Positions 33,001-35,556 are shown, numbered from the stretch's first letter. The stretch: 64,000 bases of DNA from Longimicrobiales bacterium (GCA_965203485.1 OZ241892.1:2976001-3040000), one strand, 5' to 3'. Notes: generated from the letters alone by a model not told the origin. Made by a program: numbers and translations.

Positions 33001-35556
33001 CTGGGCCGACTCGCTGACGATCGACCCGCCGCTGAGCGTCAGCGCGCCGGACCCGACGCTGATCCCGTCGGGGTCCCGGTCCGTCGCCCGCGCAACGTAG
33101 CTGAACGTCAGCGTGCTGGTCCCGGTTCCGCTGGCGTACTCGGCGTGCCGGGTCCTCTCGCCAATTCCCAGCGCCACGCGGGGCGTGCCCGTCACGTTCA
33201 CCGGCGTGGTGAAGCCGATCCGCACCGAGATCGTGTCGCCCGCTCCGTAGGTGTCCCCGCTGGCCGGCGCGCTCGCAATCGACGCCGCGCGCACCGCGGG
33301 AACCGTCGCCGTGCCGCCGTTCACCTTGTGGCCCGAGGCGTTCGCGACCGCGTGCGCGCCCAGCGCCAAGGTGGCGTTCGCCCCGGCCGCGCTCCGGATC
33401 GTGCCGGAGTTGAGCGCCATGGCGAACACCGAGACGCCGTCCGCGTCCCTGTCCGCCGACCGCACGACGTAGCGGAAGATCAGCTTCTTGCCGCCGCTCC
33501 CGCTCTGATATGCGGCCGTCTTGGCCAGCGAACCGACCGTCAAGGAGACGGTGGGGCTCCCAGAGACCGTCACCGGCGCCGTGAACCCGACTTCCACGCG
33601 AACCGCCTCGCCGGCGCCGTAGGTGTCTCCGCTCGCCGGCGCGCCGACGACCGCCACCGAGCTCACGGTGGGCGTGGTGGCCGTCGTCCCGACCACCCGG
33701 TGACCCGACGCGTTGGAGATGGCGTGGCTTCCCAGGTCCAGGTTCGCGGCGGCGCCGGCCGTGCTCCGAATCGTCCCGCCGTTCAGTTGCAGGGCCGTCG
33801 TCCTGATGCTGATCCCGTCGGGGTCGAGATCGCGGCTGGTCACCACGTACCCGAAATGCAGCGACTGGCCGGACGTTCTGCGCAACGTCGCGAACGCGGG
33901 CCCGCCGCCGAAAGCGATCTGCAACCGGGGAGCGCCGACGACCCGGATCGGAACCGCGGCGGCGAACTCGACCTCCACCTCGATCAGCTCGCCGCCCCCG
34001 TACACTTGGGCGCTCAACGAAGGAGAGCTGGTGATGCGCACGCCGCTCACGCTCGGCACGGTCGCCGAGCCGCCGTTCACCTTGTGGCTCGCGTTGGCCG
34101 AGAAGGCGGCGGCTCCCAGGCCGAGCCCGGCGTTCCGCGTTCCGCCGACCTCCTTGATCGTCCCGCCGTTGAGCGCGAGCGCGTTGGCGGCGACGCCGAT
34201 CCCGTCCACGTCCGAGTCCCCCGCCTGCACGACGTACCGAAAGCGAATGCTGTTCGACCCGGCGCTCTCGTAGGCGGCGTGGCGCACGGCGCTGCCGACC
34301 GTCAGCCCCAGCCGAGGCGCGCCGGTCAACGCGATCGGCGCGCTGAACTGCACCTCCAGTTGGACGACCTCGCCGGCGCCGTAGGCGTCGCCCGCAAGAG
34401 GCGTGCCGACGAAGCGCACTGCCGACACCAACGGAAGGGTGGTCGGCGTCGCCCTGGCCTCGCTCGTCGAGCCGGCCCCGGCGCCGTTTCTGGCCCGGAG
34501 CTGGAACTTGTACTCGCTGTCGTTCGTCAGCGGACGGACCACGTGGCGGGTGGTGGTGGCGTCGCTGCCCGCAATCGTCGTCCAGCTCGACGGGTAGCTG
34601 GCCGTGTCCAGGGCGTGGCGAACTTCGTAGCTGCCGATGGTGGAGTTCCCGGGGTCGGTCCACGTCAGCGTCGCTTGGCCCGGCGCCGCCGTCGCGGCCA
34701 GCCCGGCGGGGGCGGCCGGGGCGGCCAGCGCGCCGTTGACCTTGTGCCCGGCGGCGTTGACGATGCGGTGCCGGCCGATCGTCATGGTGGGGTGGCCGCC
34801 CCAGGCCCAGAAGAGATCGAGGTCGCTCAGCGCGTTGGGACCGATGCTGATCCCGTCGCTGTCCACATCCGCCGTTTGGACGGTGTAGCTGAACGTATGC
34901 GTGGACTGATTACGAGTGGTGTAGTTCCATGTCGCCCGTCGGCTGGCGCCGCCGATCGAGATGTCCAGGTACGGATGGGCGGCACGAGCGTAGCGGACGC
35001 TGTTATTCCACCTGACCGCCACGACAATCGTCTCGCCGGCGGCGTACGTGTCGCCCGTCGGCGAACTCGTGATCGAAACGCCGCTGATCGGCACGTTGGC
35101 CGTACTGACTCTCGTCCTGCTCGCCCCGCCGCAGGCAGCGCCGGCGCAGGCCCTGATTTCGAATTGGTACCGCCTGGGGCTGCTCAGGCCTCCGACCGTG
35201 GCCGAAGTCGTGCTGCTGTCGCTGCTCGCGACGTCCGTCCATTGATTGGGGAGATTTTGTCTGAACCCGGCGTAGCGGTACTGGTACTTGGTGATCGCCG
35301 CGTTGCCCGGGTTGTCCCAGCCCAGATCGACCGACGAGGTGGTGGCTTGGTGGGCCCAGAACCCCGTCGGCGCCGCAGGCGCCTGGGCGGCGACGGGGCC
35401 GGCCGGGGCAACCATGGCTGCAACTCCGGCAAACGCCACGAACCATGCTGGAGCTAGACGGCGGCAACGGCTCACAGCGCGACCGGACGGCTCAAGTCGC
35501 TCGCACGCCGCACTCCATCCCCCCCCCCCCCCCCCCCCCCGTTCATGCGGCCGCAC
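1..35556 (-). CDS. Giant secreted repeat protein / putative adhesin (>11,800 aa, 3' end beyond the window): Sec signal peptide, 6 FN3 domains, ~88 Ig-like repeats of ~126 aa
   Basis: Hand translation of the minus frame whose codons align with + frame 1 gives ...RLAPAWFVAFAGVAAMVAPAGPVAA|QAPAAPTGFWAHQATTSSVDLGWDNPGNAAITKYQ (signal peptide then FN3), followed by repeats of the type VTGTPQLAL.IG...RQA.YASG.GT..L.F.Y.V...DADADG.SIGASALALNGGTI...HKV(D/N/A)G. The ORF track lists no minus-strand ORF in this frame anywhere in 1-35.5 kb, and the antisense shadows (292, 3331, 15895, 16471, 21568, 30877) share one register, consistent with no stop or frameshift. The upstream in-frame stop is at 35578-35580. 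Candidate starts are GTG 35556 (GGAG 8 nt upstream) or GTG 35475. Confidence 0.92.
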   Translation of the reverse strand, partial: MRPHERGGGGGGGWSAACERLEPSGRAVSRCRRLAPAWFVAFAGVAAMVAPAGPVAAQAPAAPTGFWAHQATTSSVDLGWDNPGNAAITKYQYRYAGFRQNLPNQWTDVASSDSSTTSATVGGLSSPRRYQFEIRACAGAACGGASRTRVSTANVPISGVSITSSPTGDTYAAGETIVVAVRWNNSVRYARAAHPYLDISIGGASRRATWNYTTRNQSTHTFSYTVQTADVDSDGISIGPNALSDLDLFWAWGGHPTMTIGRHRIVNAAGHKVNGALAAPAAPAGLAATAAPGQATLTWTDPGNSTIGSYEVRHALDTASYPSSWTTIAGSDATTTRHVVRPLTNDSEYKFQLRARNGAGAGSTSEARATPTTLPLVSAVRFVGTPLAGDAYGAGEVVQLEVQFSAPIALTGAPRLGLTVGSAVRHAAYESAGSNSIRFRYVVQAGDSDVDGIGVAANALALNGGTIKEVGGTRNAGLGLGAAAFSANASHKVNGGSATVPSVSGVRITSSPSLSAQVYGGGELIEVEVEFAAAVPIRVVGAPRLQIAFGGGPAFATLRRTSGQSLHFGYVVTSRDLDPDGISIRTTALQLNGGTIRSTAGAAANLDLGSHAISNASGHRVVGTTATTPTVSSVAVVGAPASGDTYGAGEAVRVEVGFTAPVTVSGSPTVSLTVGSLAKTAAYQSGSGGKKLIFRYVVRSADRDADGVSVFAMALNSGTIRSAAGANATLALGAHAVANASGHKVNGGTATVPAVRAASIASAPASGDTYGAGDTISVRIGFTTPVNVTGTPRVALGIGERTRHAEYASGTGTSTLTFSYVARATDRDPDGISVGSGALTLSGGSIVSESAQNATLALGTHAISAASGHKVDGSRTMPAVSGVLVTSRPDSGDTYAAAETISVRVSFGFAVTVTGTPRLALTIGSATRHAAYASGNGTSALTFSYETLATDLDADGISVGANALELNGGSIRSGTGAAATLGLGSHAFSNVPAHKVNGTRTVPAVASVAIASSPASDSSYGAGETISVQVAFNLAVTVTGAPRLALTVGSATRYAAYASGSGAKTLAFSYETVAGDRDNDGISVAAGALGLNGGTIRNAGGANAALALGTHAIANSAAHKVNGSATAPTVASVTFASTPMGGTYTRGAVISVQVGFSIAVTVTGTPRLALTIGSATRQAAYSSGSGTKTLTFRYTVAAADSDRDGVSVGATALALNGGTIRSATATNATLGLGDHALSDASGHAVDGRKVAAAPSGLIATPLSATQARLDWTNPGNSLITGYQYRYRPSDGGAFTGWTNIPSSSASTTSGEVRVSNGGRPYRIELRAMVGTTAGDAAFTTIGLFRARINRVEIVSTPQSEDSYSTGEVIRVRFHVTDGSDIDSDSWGPILNLQIGSRTRTSRGETGGLTTSQNHFEYSYTVVSDDHDPDGISIGPNALNFGTWNTQTFTYTRELYVYRPTFSLISPAIGSNQIANASSHKVNASATVGGSVPAAPTGLTATPGNAQATLSWTDPQDTTITGYQVRHGPAAGSYSGWTDIPASSATTTSYTVGSLTNGAAHKFQVRAANANGTGSSSSEVRATPVAVTTVSGVRFVSGPRTGNTYGAGEVVRVEVDFSDSVAVTGLPLLELTIGDSVKQAFGVRLPSRPSTIHFRYTVETPDVDADGIGIAAGALKLNGGTITGVNSRAALLGLGAYAYAANASHKVDGSTGTVPNVDLLRITSTPVSGDVYGAGEQIEAEVRFGALVPIRVTGAPRLALTIGDSTRQATLTRTAGQSLHFRYTVHSSDSDADGIGIGAGALTLNGGTIRSTVGTNASLNLGSHAITAAATHKVTGSSATAPAVTGAAVTSTPVSGDTYGAGEKIGASVTFRLPITVTGSPQLALTIGTQTRQATYLRTAGRTLHFEYAVQAADRDANGIGIGASALTLNGGTIRSDAGAAATLGLGSHALSDASGHKVNGAVAPNPFVSAVRIASRPVASADSYGGGERIEVEVEFAAAIPIRVAGAPQLAIGIGRQTRQAALLETTGQVLRFGYVVQRADLDADGISILADALALNGGTIRSAAGAGAVLGLGTHAITNAAGQKVLGSNNATPAATSVEISSAPDDGDTYGATETISVAVGFNMPVTVTGTPQLAVTIGSGAGQASYSTGSQTKTLTFDYVVGATDVDADGIGVGASALTLNGGTIRSATAANATLNLAGHAIANAAGHKVNGTTTAPTVSSVAAASQPAIGGSYGAGETISVQVGFDLAVTVTGTPQLALSLDADTVQAAYAGGSGTKTLTFGYTVRATDRDADGFTVERAALTLNGGTIRSAGGADAALRLNVELLSDQIDGSVTLPEVASARFDTSPASGDTYGAGELIAVRIVFQIPVTVAGSPQLALGIGAATVQASYAGGSGSKSLAFSYVVQSADVDADGVSVGPSALALNGGTIRSAAGTNARLELGRTHAITNSSGHKVDGSRATPPSVTGTRVASSPASGDTYGGGERIEVAVEFSIPVVVTGVPELALTIGDSTRLAAYLSGSRTETLTFGYVVRATDVDADGFAVADSALSLAGGTLQSSFGAAATLSLGSHALAGVAAGKVNGATATVPAVVSATIFSDAGSDSTYGAGDGIAVRIVFQIPVTVTGSPQLALGIGTGTAQASYAGGSGTKTLTFRYTVRATDVDSAGISVAAGALSLNGGTIRSGTGTNAALGLGANAVANAAAHKVDGTTTVPAVLAVVIASDAGADSTYTADDTISVQVGFQIPVTVTGSPQLALGVGAATAQASYAGGSGTKTLTFDYVVRATDADSSGISVGASALSLNGGTIRSGAGTNAALGLGTHAIADAAAHKVDGPGSPPRVTGVVVGSPVVGDTFERGDTIAATLTFNKAVDVTGTPQLALAIGSATRQADYASGTGTASLVFRYVVASGDADADGLSIGASALGLNGGTIDEAGGTTDAVLGLGSLAVSNSSGHKVAGATFTAAAASGVTITSSPAGDSTYVLGEQIEVEVTFARPVAVTGTPQLALTIGSATRQADYASGTGTKTLAFAYAVAVADIDADGLSIGASALALNGGAVADARDGATAASLGLGANAIANSAAHKVNGARGPPGVTGVAVGSPVVGDTFERGDTVAVTVTFNKAVDVTGTPQLALAIGSATRQAGYASGTGTASLVFRYVVASGDADADGLSIGVGALALNGGTIDVAGGTTDALLGLGAQAVSNSSGHKVAGATFTAAAVSGVAIASSPASDSTYGLNERIEVKVAFSRRVSVTGTPQLALAIGAATRQAEYASGTGTDTLSFAYVVVAADADSDGLGIGASALGLNGGAIADARDGTTAAGLGLGANAIAAAAAHKVDGTRGPPTVTGVAVGSPVVGAIFERGDTIAVTVTFHKAVDVTGTPQLALAIGAATRQAGYASGTGTASLVFRYVVASGDADADGLSIGASALGLNGGTIDEAGGTTDAALGLGSHAVSNSSGHKVAGATFTAAAVTGVAIASSPASDSTYGLNERIEVKVAFSRRVSVTGTPQLALTIGAATRQAGYAAGTGTDTLSFAYVVVAADADSDGLGIGASALGLNGGAIADARDGATAAGLGLGANAITAAAAHKVDGTRGPPTVTGVAVGSPVVGDTFERGDTIAVTVTFNKAVDVTGTPQLALAIGSATRQADYASGTGTASLVFRYVVASGDADADGLSIGASALGLNGGTIDEAGGTTDAVLGLGSLAVSNSSGHKVAGATFTAAAASGVTITSSPVGDSTYVLGEQIEVEVTFARPVAVTGTPQLALTIGSATRQADYASGTGTKTLAFAYAVAAADIDADGLSIGASALALNGGAIADARDGATAASLGLGANAIANSAAHKVNGARGPPGVTGVAVGSPVVGDTFERGDTVAVTVTFNKAVDVTGTPQLALAIGSATRQAGYASGTGTASLVFRYVVASGDADADGLSIGAGALGLNGGTIDVAGGTTDALLGLGAQAVSNSSGHKVAGATFTAAAVSGVEIASSPASDSTYGLNERIEVKVAFSRRVSVTGTPQLALAIGAATRQAEYASGTGTDTLSFAYVVVAADADSDGLGIGASALGLNGGAIADARDGTTAAGLGLGANAIAAAAAHKVDGTRGPPTVTGVAVGSPVVGDTFERGDTIAVTVTFHKAVDVTGTPQLALAIGAATRQAGYASGTGTASLVFRYVVASGDADADGLSIGASALGLNGGTIDEAGGTTDAALGLGSHAVSNSSGHKVAGATFTAAAVTGVSITSSPASDSTYGAGDRIEVEVTFARSVAVTGTPQLALTIGAATRQAGYAAGTGTKTLAFRYAVAATDSDSDGISIGAGALGLNGGGIADARDGATAADLGLGANAVSNSAAHKVNGSLATPAAPSGLTATPTASGAVQLRWTDPSDTTITKYQVRHRNQSGSGSFTAWTDVASSGASTTSHTVSSLTDQVDYRFELRAVAGSRAGRASFALARPSDIRVTGVRITSSPTSDDTYGPGQTIEVTVSFSAFRPRVTGSPVLKIGVGTATRDAAYSGTGLTSARFQYTVTAADVDSDGISIGPNALDFTAGWVNTRFSIASPTIGRYAIANSASHKVDGLLGTPAAPTGFSASPGNAQVTLSWTDPSDTTLTGYQFRHAIATEPFSRWTDISGSDASTTSHVVPSLSNGTEYKFQVRAQNSVGAGHASEEARATPTSAPVVAAVRFVGVPVSGDTYGAGEVVRVDVEFSAVLTVTGAPRLALTVGAAARQAAMERVRERAIRFAYTVRSGDVDADGIGVAAAALTLGGGTILGPGGASAQLSLGARAFTANAAHKVNGATATAPFVDFVQITSSPSSGDTYGGGERIDVHVRFGAAVPVTVAGSPRLALTVGAQTRQATLSRASGQSLHFGYVVQAADADADGISIGASALTLNGATIRSGAGAAAGLGLGAHAVADASGHKVSGGTATAPAVSAVSITSAPASGDTYGAGEKITARVSFQLPIVVTGAPRLALAVGSQTRQAEFARLSGQSLYFDYTALSSDADADGISIAANAISLNGGTILSTIGTAAALELGAHAVTNASGHKVSGSTATTPEATSVSVTSAPVSGDTYGAGERIEVRVGFNLEVRATGSPQLALGVGAATRQAALLGGDGDGLTFGYVVQSADVDADGISVGAGALGLNSGTIASTAGAAAALGLGSHAIANASAHKVNGASATTPAVVSAAVTSAPASGDTYYAGEAIAVAVGFDVPVAVTGAPQLALTIGAQTRQAAYVSGTNTKTLTFRYTVVLADSDSNGVAVGASALGLNGGTIRSGAGTAAGLGLGAHAIADAAGHKVDGTSTSPTVNAASIASTPTSGDSYGAGETIAVEIGFNFPVTVTGTPRAALTIGAATRHAGYASGSGNTSLRFEYVVDATDADADGISLAADALELNGGTIQSSLGTDAALGLGSYAVADASAHKVNGAATVPAVTGAAIVSDAGNDSTYAAGDDVSVEVAFQIPVTVTGTPQLALTIGASAGQAAYAGGTGTKTLTFSYTVRATDVDGNGIAIAANSLTLNGGALQSGAGTNAALSLGTFAIADAAAHKVDGTSTVPVVTSASVSSSPAGGDTYGAGETISVRVGFSIPVTVTGAPQLAVAVGSATRQVAYASGSGTTALVFDYVTLATDRDDDGISVGAGALTLNGGTIRSGSGTNATLALGSHAIANASGHKVNGAATAPLVSSMSISSAPASGDTYGGGEKITVSVVFQIPVTVTGTPQLALTVGNATRQAGYASGSGTAALAFDYVVQTADSDSNGIGVGPTALTLNGGTIRSAAGTNANLSLFLNAFSNSQDHKVDGSSATTPTVRAVTIRSDAGADSTYFAHDAIVVEVGFNVPVTATGAPQLALAIGAQTRQAAYAAGSGTTALTFRYVVTAADSDSDGIAVGASALALNGGTIRSSVGAAATLGLGSNAIAAAAAHKVDGSQGPPGVADVAVGSPVVGDAFERYDTISVTVTFDQAVDVTGTPQLALTIGTATKQASYASGTGTTALVFRYVVASGDVDADGLSIGAGALALNGGTIDEAGGTTDAALGLGAHAVSNSSGHKVAGATFTTASVASVAITSSPPGNDSTYGLGDVIEVQVTYTRPVVVSGTHLLKLAVNIGTQTPYAAYASGTGTKTLTFRYAVQASDSDSDGIGLPARALTLSGATISDARDGTTATSNGLGTHVITNAAAHKVDGSQGAAGVTGLAISSPPVGDAFERGDTIVVTVTFNKAVDVTGTPQLALTIGAATKQASYASGTGTSALVFRYLVASGDADADGISIGATALALNGGTIDVAGETTDAFLGLGSRAVSNSSGHKVAGGTFTAAAVSGVSITSSPSSDSTYGFGEQIEVQVAFNRRVSVTGTPQLALTIGTRTRQASYASGAGTTTLTFRYAVGAGDADSDGIGIGASALALNGGTIADARDGSTAAGLGLGTNAIAAAAAHKVDSARGPPGVAGLAVASPVVGDTFERGDTVWVTVTFNRAVDVTGTPRIFLTIGTQTPTASYASGTGTTALRFRYVVASGDADADGLSIAASALHLAGGTIDASGDTTDAALGLGSHAVSNSSGHKVAGGTFTAAAVSGVSITSSPAADSTYGLGEQIEVQATFNRRVSVTGTPQLALTIGAATRQASYTSGTGTAALTFRYAVAVADADSNGIGIGASALALNGGAIADARDGTTAAGLGLGVHAIANAAAHKVDASRGAAGVTGVSIGDPVVGDTFERDDTVAVTVTFNKAVDVTGAPQLVLTIGAVTRQASYASGTGTASLEFRYVVVQADADADGLSIGASALALNGGTIRVAGETTDALLGLGSHAVSNSAGHKVAGGTLTGPAPSGVAIASAPSSDSTYGRTERIEVEVTFARPVVVTGTPQLALTIGTQTRQASYASGSGTKALAFRYTVQGTDRDSTGIGVGASALALNGGTIADARDGTTAAALGLGAHAVSDAAAHKVDGSLGTPGVIGVSFADDPYNSEYERGDAIDVRVSFSRAVAVTGAPRLALGIGSQTRQAAYASGTGTDTLVFRYVVVQSDRDVDGISIGASALGLNGGTIRAAGTTMDAVLGLGSHAIANSSGHQVNGSLFTGLAVEDVHVRSVPASDSTYKLGERIELEVLFQRAVVVTGTPQLALGIGSATRQASYAGGSGTKRLRFRYAVAAADVDADGISLSGSALALNGGVIDDARAGGTAAGLGTSASVFSNDAAHKVNGGVGAPSVSALGIGAPVVGDVFERGDTIVATVEFNAAVAVTGTPQLALGIGSATRQAGYASGTGTASLVFRYVVVAADADADGLSIGASALALNGGTIRRTGTTTNALLGLGGHAVANSAGHKVAGGTFTASSVSGVAIASVPGSDGTYVRTERIEVEVSFARPVTVTGTPQLALGIGSQTRQAEYASGSGTKTLAFRYAVQAADSDSDGISIGASALALNGGSIADARDGATAAGLGLGSHAIANAAAHKVNGARGPPGVSGLSIGSPVVGDTFERGDTIAVTVTFTDSVDVTGTPRLALGIGSATRQASYASGTGTASLVFRYVVASGDADADGLSIGASALALNGGTIDVAGGTTDALLGLGSHAVSNSTGHKVAGGTFTAAAVSAVTIASAPASDSTYAETEEIAVEVTFNRRVTVTGTPQLALAIDTLTRQAEYAGGTGTATLTFAYQVAAADADSTGISIGASALGLNGGTIADARDGTTAASLGLGSNAIADAAAHKVDGSLPPPVTRATGAPEARGLAIGAPAVGDVFERGETIEVELVFHRAVDVTGTPQLALTIGAATRQASYASGTGTDTLVFRYVVASGDADADGISIGASALALNGGTIRASGEALDAVLDLGAYAVANSGGHKVAGGTFTTPAVSAVTISSTPASASTYQLGERIEVKVAFGRPVAVTGAPELALTIGSRTRQASWESATSVADTLVFGYAIRPADADTDGLSIGASALALNGGTIADVRAGAAAASLGLGSHAIADAAAHKVDGSLGPPGVTHLSVTAPLSAQTFERGDTIFASVRFNKAVDVGGTPQLALGIGSATRQAAYASGTGATELEFRYVVVQSDADADGLSIAASALGLNGGTIDVAGGTTDALLSLEHVAISNASGFRVAGGTFTAPAVTWAGISSAPSDGSTYELGEQIGVTVTFNRNVTVTGAPELALGIGAQTRQAAYVAAASGNRELEFRYTVAAGDADADGLSVGASALALNGGTIVDPRDGTTAAALGLGASAIANSAGHAVDGSRGPPGVSGVSIAAPPAGDVFERGDTIAATVVFNKAVDVGGAPRLALAIGAQTRQAGYASGSGTASLEFRYVVVQADADADGLSIAAGALALNGGTIDVAGGTTDAVLGLGGHAIANSTNHKVAGGTFTAASVSGVTITSSPASGDTYGLGERIEVEASFVRVVSVTGTPQLALGIGTDTVQADYGSGTGTKTLAFSYAVAASDADGDGLSIAAGALALNGGTIVDARDGSTAASLGLGSSAIANAASHKVDGAQGPPGVTALSVASPVVGDVFERGDTIAATVTFNKAVDVGGTPRLALTIGSATRQASYASGTGTASLVFRYVVASGDADADGLSIAAGALALNGGTIDVAGGTTDALLGLGPSAVTNSAGHKVAGGTFTAASVSGVAITSAPASDSTYGRTERIEVEVTFNRRVAVTGTPQLALTVGAQTRQASYASGTGTATLAFGYTVAAADADSDGIGIAAGALALNGGAIADARDGATAAALGLGSNAIANAAAHKVDGSRGPPGVTGLSISAPAVGDVFERGETIEVELVFNRSVDVGGTPRLALAIGSATRQASYAAGTGTDTLVFRYVVASGDADADGLSIAAGALALNGGTIKVAGGTLDAALGLGGSAVTNSGGHKVAGGTFTAASVSGVTVSSTPASASTYQLGERIEVKVAFGRPVAVTGTPRLALAIGTRTRQASWEAASSTADTLVFGYAVRPADADADGLSIGASALALNGGTIADARDASEAAALGLGSNAVTNDASHKVNGSLGPPGVVGLMVAAPLVGAAFERGDTVVATVTFNKAVDATGTPQLALSIGTQTRQAGYASGTGTTALVFRYVVVAADADADGLSIAASALALNGGTIDVAGGTTDALLSLERHAIGNDGALRVSGATFTAASASGVTISSSPASDSTYGRTERIEVEVTFDRNVAVTGTPQLALTIGDSTRQASYASGTGTKTLAFGYVVVAADSDANGLSIGPAALALNGGTIADARDASEAAGLGLGSSAIANAAAHKVDGNQGPPGVTGLVVAPPPAGDVFERGDAIAATVTFNRAVAVTGTPQLALAIGTQTRQASYASGSGTTSLVFQYTVVTADADADGLSIGTSALALNGGTIRLSGGTLDATLGLGGHAVTNSGGHKVAGGTFTAASVSGVTISSAPSSGDTYGLGEEIEVEVTFVRPVNVTGTPQLALGVGTDTVQADYGSGTGTKTLAFSYAVAASDADSDGLSIAEGALALNGGTIVDARDGATAASLGLGSSAVANAASHKVDGAQGPPGVTALSVASPVVGDVFERGDTIAATVTFNKAVDVGGTPRLALTIGSATRQASYASGTGTASLVFRYVVASGDADADGLSIAAGALALNGGTIDVAGGTTDALLGLGPSAVTNSAGHKVAGGTFTAASVSGVAITSAPASDSTYGRTERIEVEVTFNRRVAVTGTPQLALTVGAQTRQASYASGTGTATLAFGYTVAAADADSDGIGIAAGALALNGGAIADARDGATAAALGLGSNAIANAAAHKVDGSRGPPGVTGLSISAPAVGDVFERGETIEVELVFNRSVDVGGTPRLALAIGSATRQASYAAGTGTDTLVFRYVVASGDADADGLSIAAGALALNGGTIKVAGGTLDAALGLGGSAVTNSGGHKVAGGTFTAASVSGVTVSSTPASASTYQLGERIEVKVAFGRPVAVTGTPRLALGIGTRTRQASWEAASSTADTLVFGYAVRPADADADGLSIGASALALNGGTIADARDASEAAALGLGSNAVTNDASHKVNGSLGPPGVVGLTVAAPLVGAAFERGDTVVATVTFNKAVDATGTPQLALSIGTQTRQAGYASGTGTTALVFRYVVVAADADADGLSIAASALALNGGTIDVAGGTTDALLSLERHAIGNDGALRVSGATFTAASVSGVSISSAPASDSTYGRTERIEVEVTFDRNVAVTGTPQLALAIGTQTRQADYASGTGTKTLAFGYAVVAADADANGISIGASALALNGGTIADARDASEAAGLGLGSSAIANAAAHKVDGNQGPPGVTGLVVAPPPAGDVFERGDAIAATVTFNRAVAVTGTPQLALAIGTQTRQASYASGSGTTSLVFQYTVVTADADADGLSIGTSALALNGGTIRLSGGTLDATLGLGGHAVTNSGGHKVAGGTFTAASVSGVTISSAPSSGDTYGLGEEIEVEVTFVRPVNVTGTPQLALTVGAATRQAGHASGGGTKTLTFGYEVVAGDADSDGVSVGASALALNGGTINDARDGSTAASLGLGSSAIANAAPHKVDGAQGPPGVTGLLIGAPQVGDTFERGETIEVKVAFNKAVAVTGTPQLQLRFASGSKQADYASGTGTDTLVFRYVVAAADADADGLGIGASDLRLNGGTIRRSGTATDAVLGLGSHAVIRSTGHKVAGGTFTASAASGVAITSAPSSDSTYGRTEVIEAEVSFTRPVAVTGAPQLALGVGSQTRQAAYASGSGTTALAFRYVVAAADADTDGISVAASALALNGGTINDARGGTTAAGLGLGSSAISNAAAHKVDGSRGPPGVTALSIGSPAVGDVFERGETIEVELVFNRAVDVGGAPQLALAIGSATRQASYASGTGTDTLAFRYVVASGDADSDGISIAAGALSLSGGTIRVAGGTLDATLGLGGHAVTNSAGHKVAGGTFTTPAVTAVAVSSAPASASTYQLGESVEVKLAFSRPVAVTGTPRLALTIGSATRHADYDSASSSADTLVFGYAIRPADADADGLSIAAGALALNGGTIADARPGATAASLGLGSHAITNAAAHKVNGGLGPPGVTGLAVASPPAGAVFERGDTIVATVRFNKAVDVTGTPQLALGIGTQTRQAAYASGTGTAALVFRYVVATADADADGLSVGASALALNGGTIDVAGGTTDALLSLERHAIGNDGALRVSGATFTASSVSGVSVTSSPASDSTYGRTERIEVEVTFDRAVAVTGTPQLALTIGAQTRQASYASGTGTKTLAFGYVVVAADADANGLSIGPAALALNGGAIDDARDASEAAGLGLGSHAISNAVAHKVNGNLGPPGVTGVTLGSPPVGTTFERGDTIVAALAFNRSVDVTGAPQLALGIGSATKQAVYASGSGTSSLEFRYVVVTADVDADGLSVATSALGLNGGTVRLAGGTLDATLGLGTHAISNSAGHKVAGGTFTASGVTGVAVASSPASGATYGLGERIEVRVTFARAVAVTGTPQLALGIGAATRQADYAGGTGTPQLAFGYVVVAGDADSDGLSIGASALALNGGGIADGRDGSTAAALGLGSSAVADAAGHRVDATRGPPGVMGVTIGSPQVGDTFERGDTVEVEVEFNKPVAVTGAPQLALGIGAATKQAGYASGSGTAALAFRYVVVSADADADGLSVAAGALALNGGTIKVSGGTADALLGLGAHAVANSAGHKVAGGTFTASSPSAASVTSAPASGDTYGLGERIEVRVTFARPVVVTGAPQLALGIGSATKQAGYAGGSGTRALVFGYVVASADADADGISVGASALSLNGGAIADARDGATAAGLGLGSSAIANAGAHKVDGSVEGAPAVAGARLASAPSSGGSYGLGEEIRVAVRFDRAVAVTGTPELALGIGAATRQAGYASGSGTSELEFAYVVQAADADRDGISVGAGALS
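4316..10393. repeat. Near-identical tandem duplication, period 3039 bp (8 Ig-like units), with more diverged copies on both sides
   Basis: Shadow ORFs recur at +3039 (4685/7724, 5090/8129, 5471/8510, 5777/8816, 6257/9296, 6545/9584, 6926/9965; also 2051/5090 and 3218/6257). DNA at 4321 matches 7360. Confidence 0.9.
22680..27010. repeat. Near-identical tandem duplication, period 2277 bp (6 Ig-like units)
   Basis: Shadow ORFs recur at +2277 (23144/25421, 23567/25844, 23903/26180, 24326/26603, 24662/26939). DNA at 22681 matches 24958. Confidence 0.88.
35519..35540 (-). repeat. Homopolymer G22 (C22 on +) at the 5' end of the giant gene; candidate slipped-strand switch
   Basis: 22 consecutive C on +; the minus strand reads GTGCGGCCGCATGAAC-G22-ATGGAGT. 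Confidence 0.85.

Noticed and set aside
9533..34663. Minus-strand ORFs of 2214, 1554 and 2226 aa
   Set aside because: Wrong frame (Arg/Gly-rich); shifted readings of the giant gene.
128..34888. Dozens of short periodic + strand ORFs resembling a small-gene array
   Set aside because: They end at TAG, an off-register antisense reading of recurrent Tyr codons (CTAC); useful only as repeat markers.
1..35400. CRISPR array or DGR in the repeats
   Set aside because: Repeats are in-frame ~380-bp coding units without unique spacers; no cas or RT gene, and no adenine-specific template/variable pair was identified by eye.
292..35457. Very long + strand ORFs (958, 4159, 1599, 3038, 1526 aa)
   Set aside because: Arg/Ala/His-rich antisense shadows in exact codon register with the real minus-strand gene; high GC suppresses stops.
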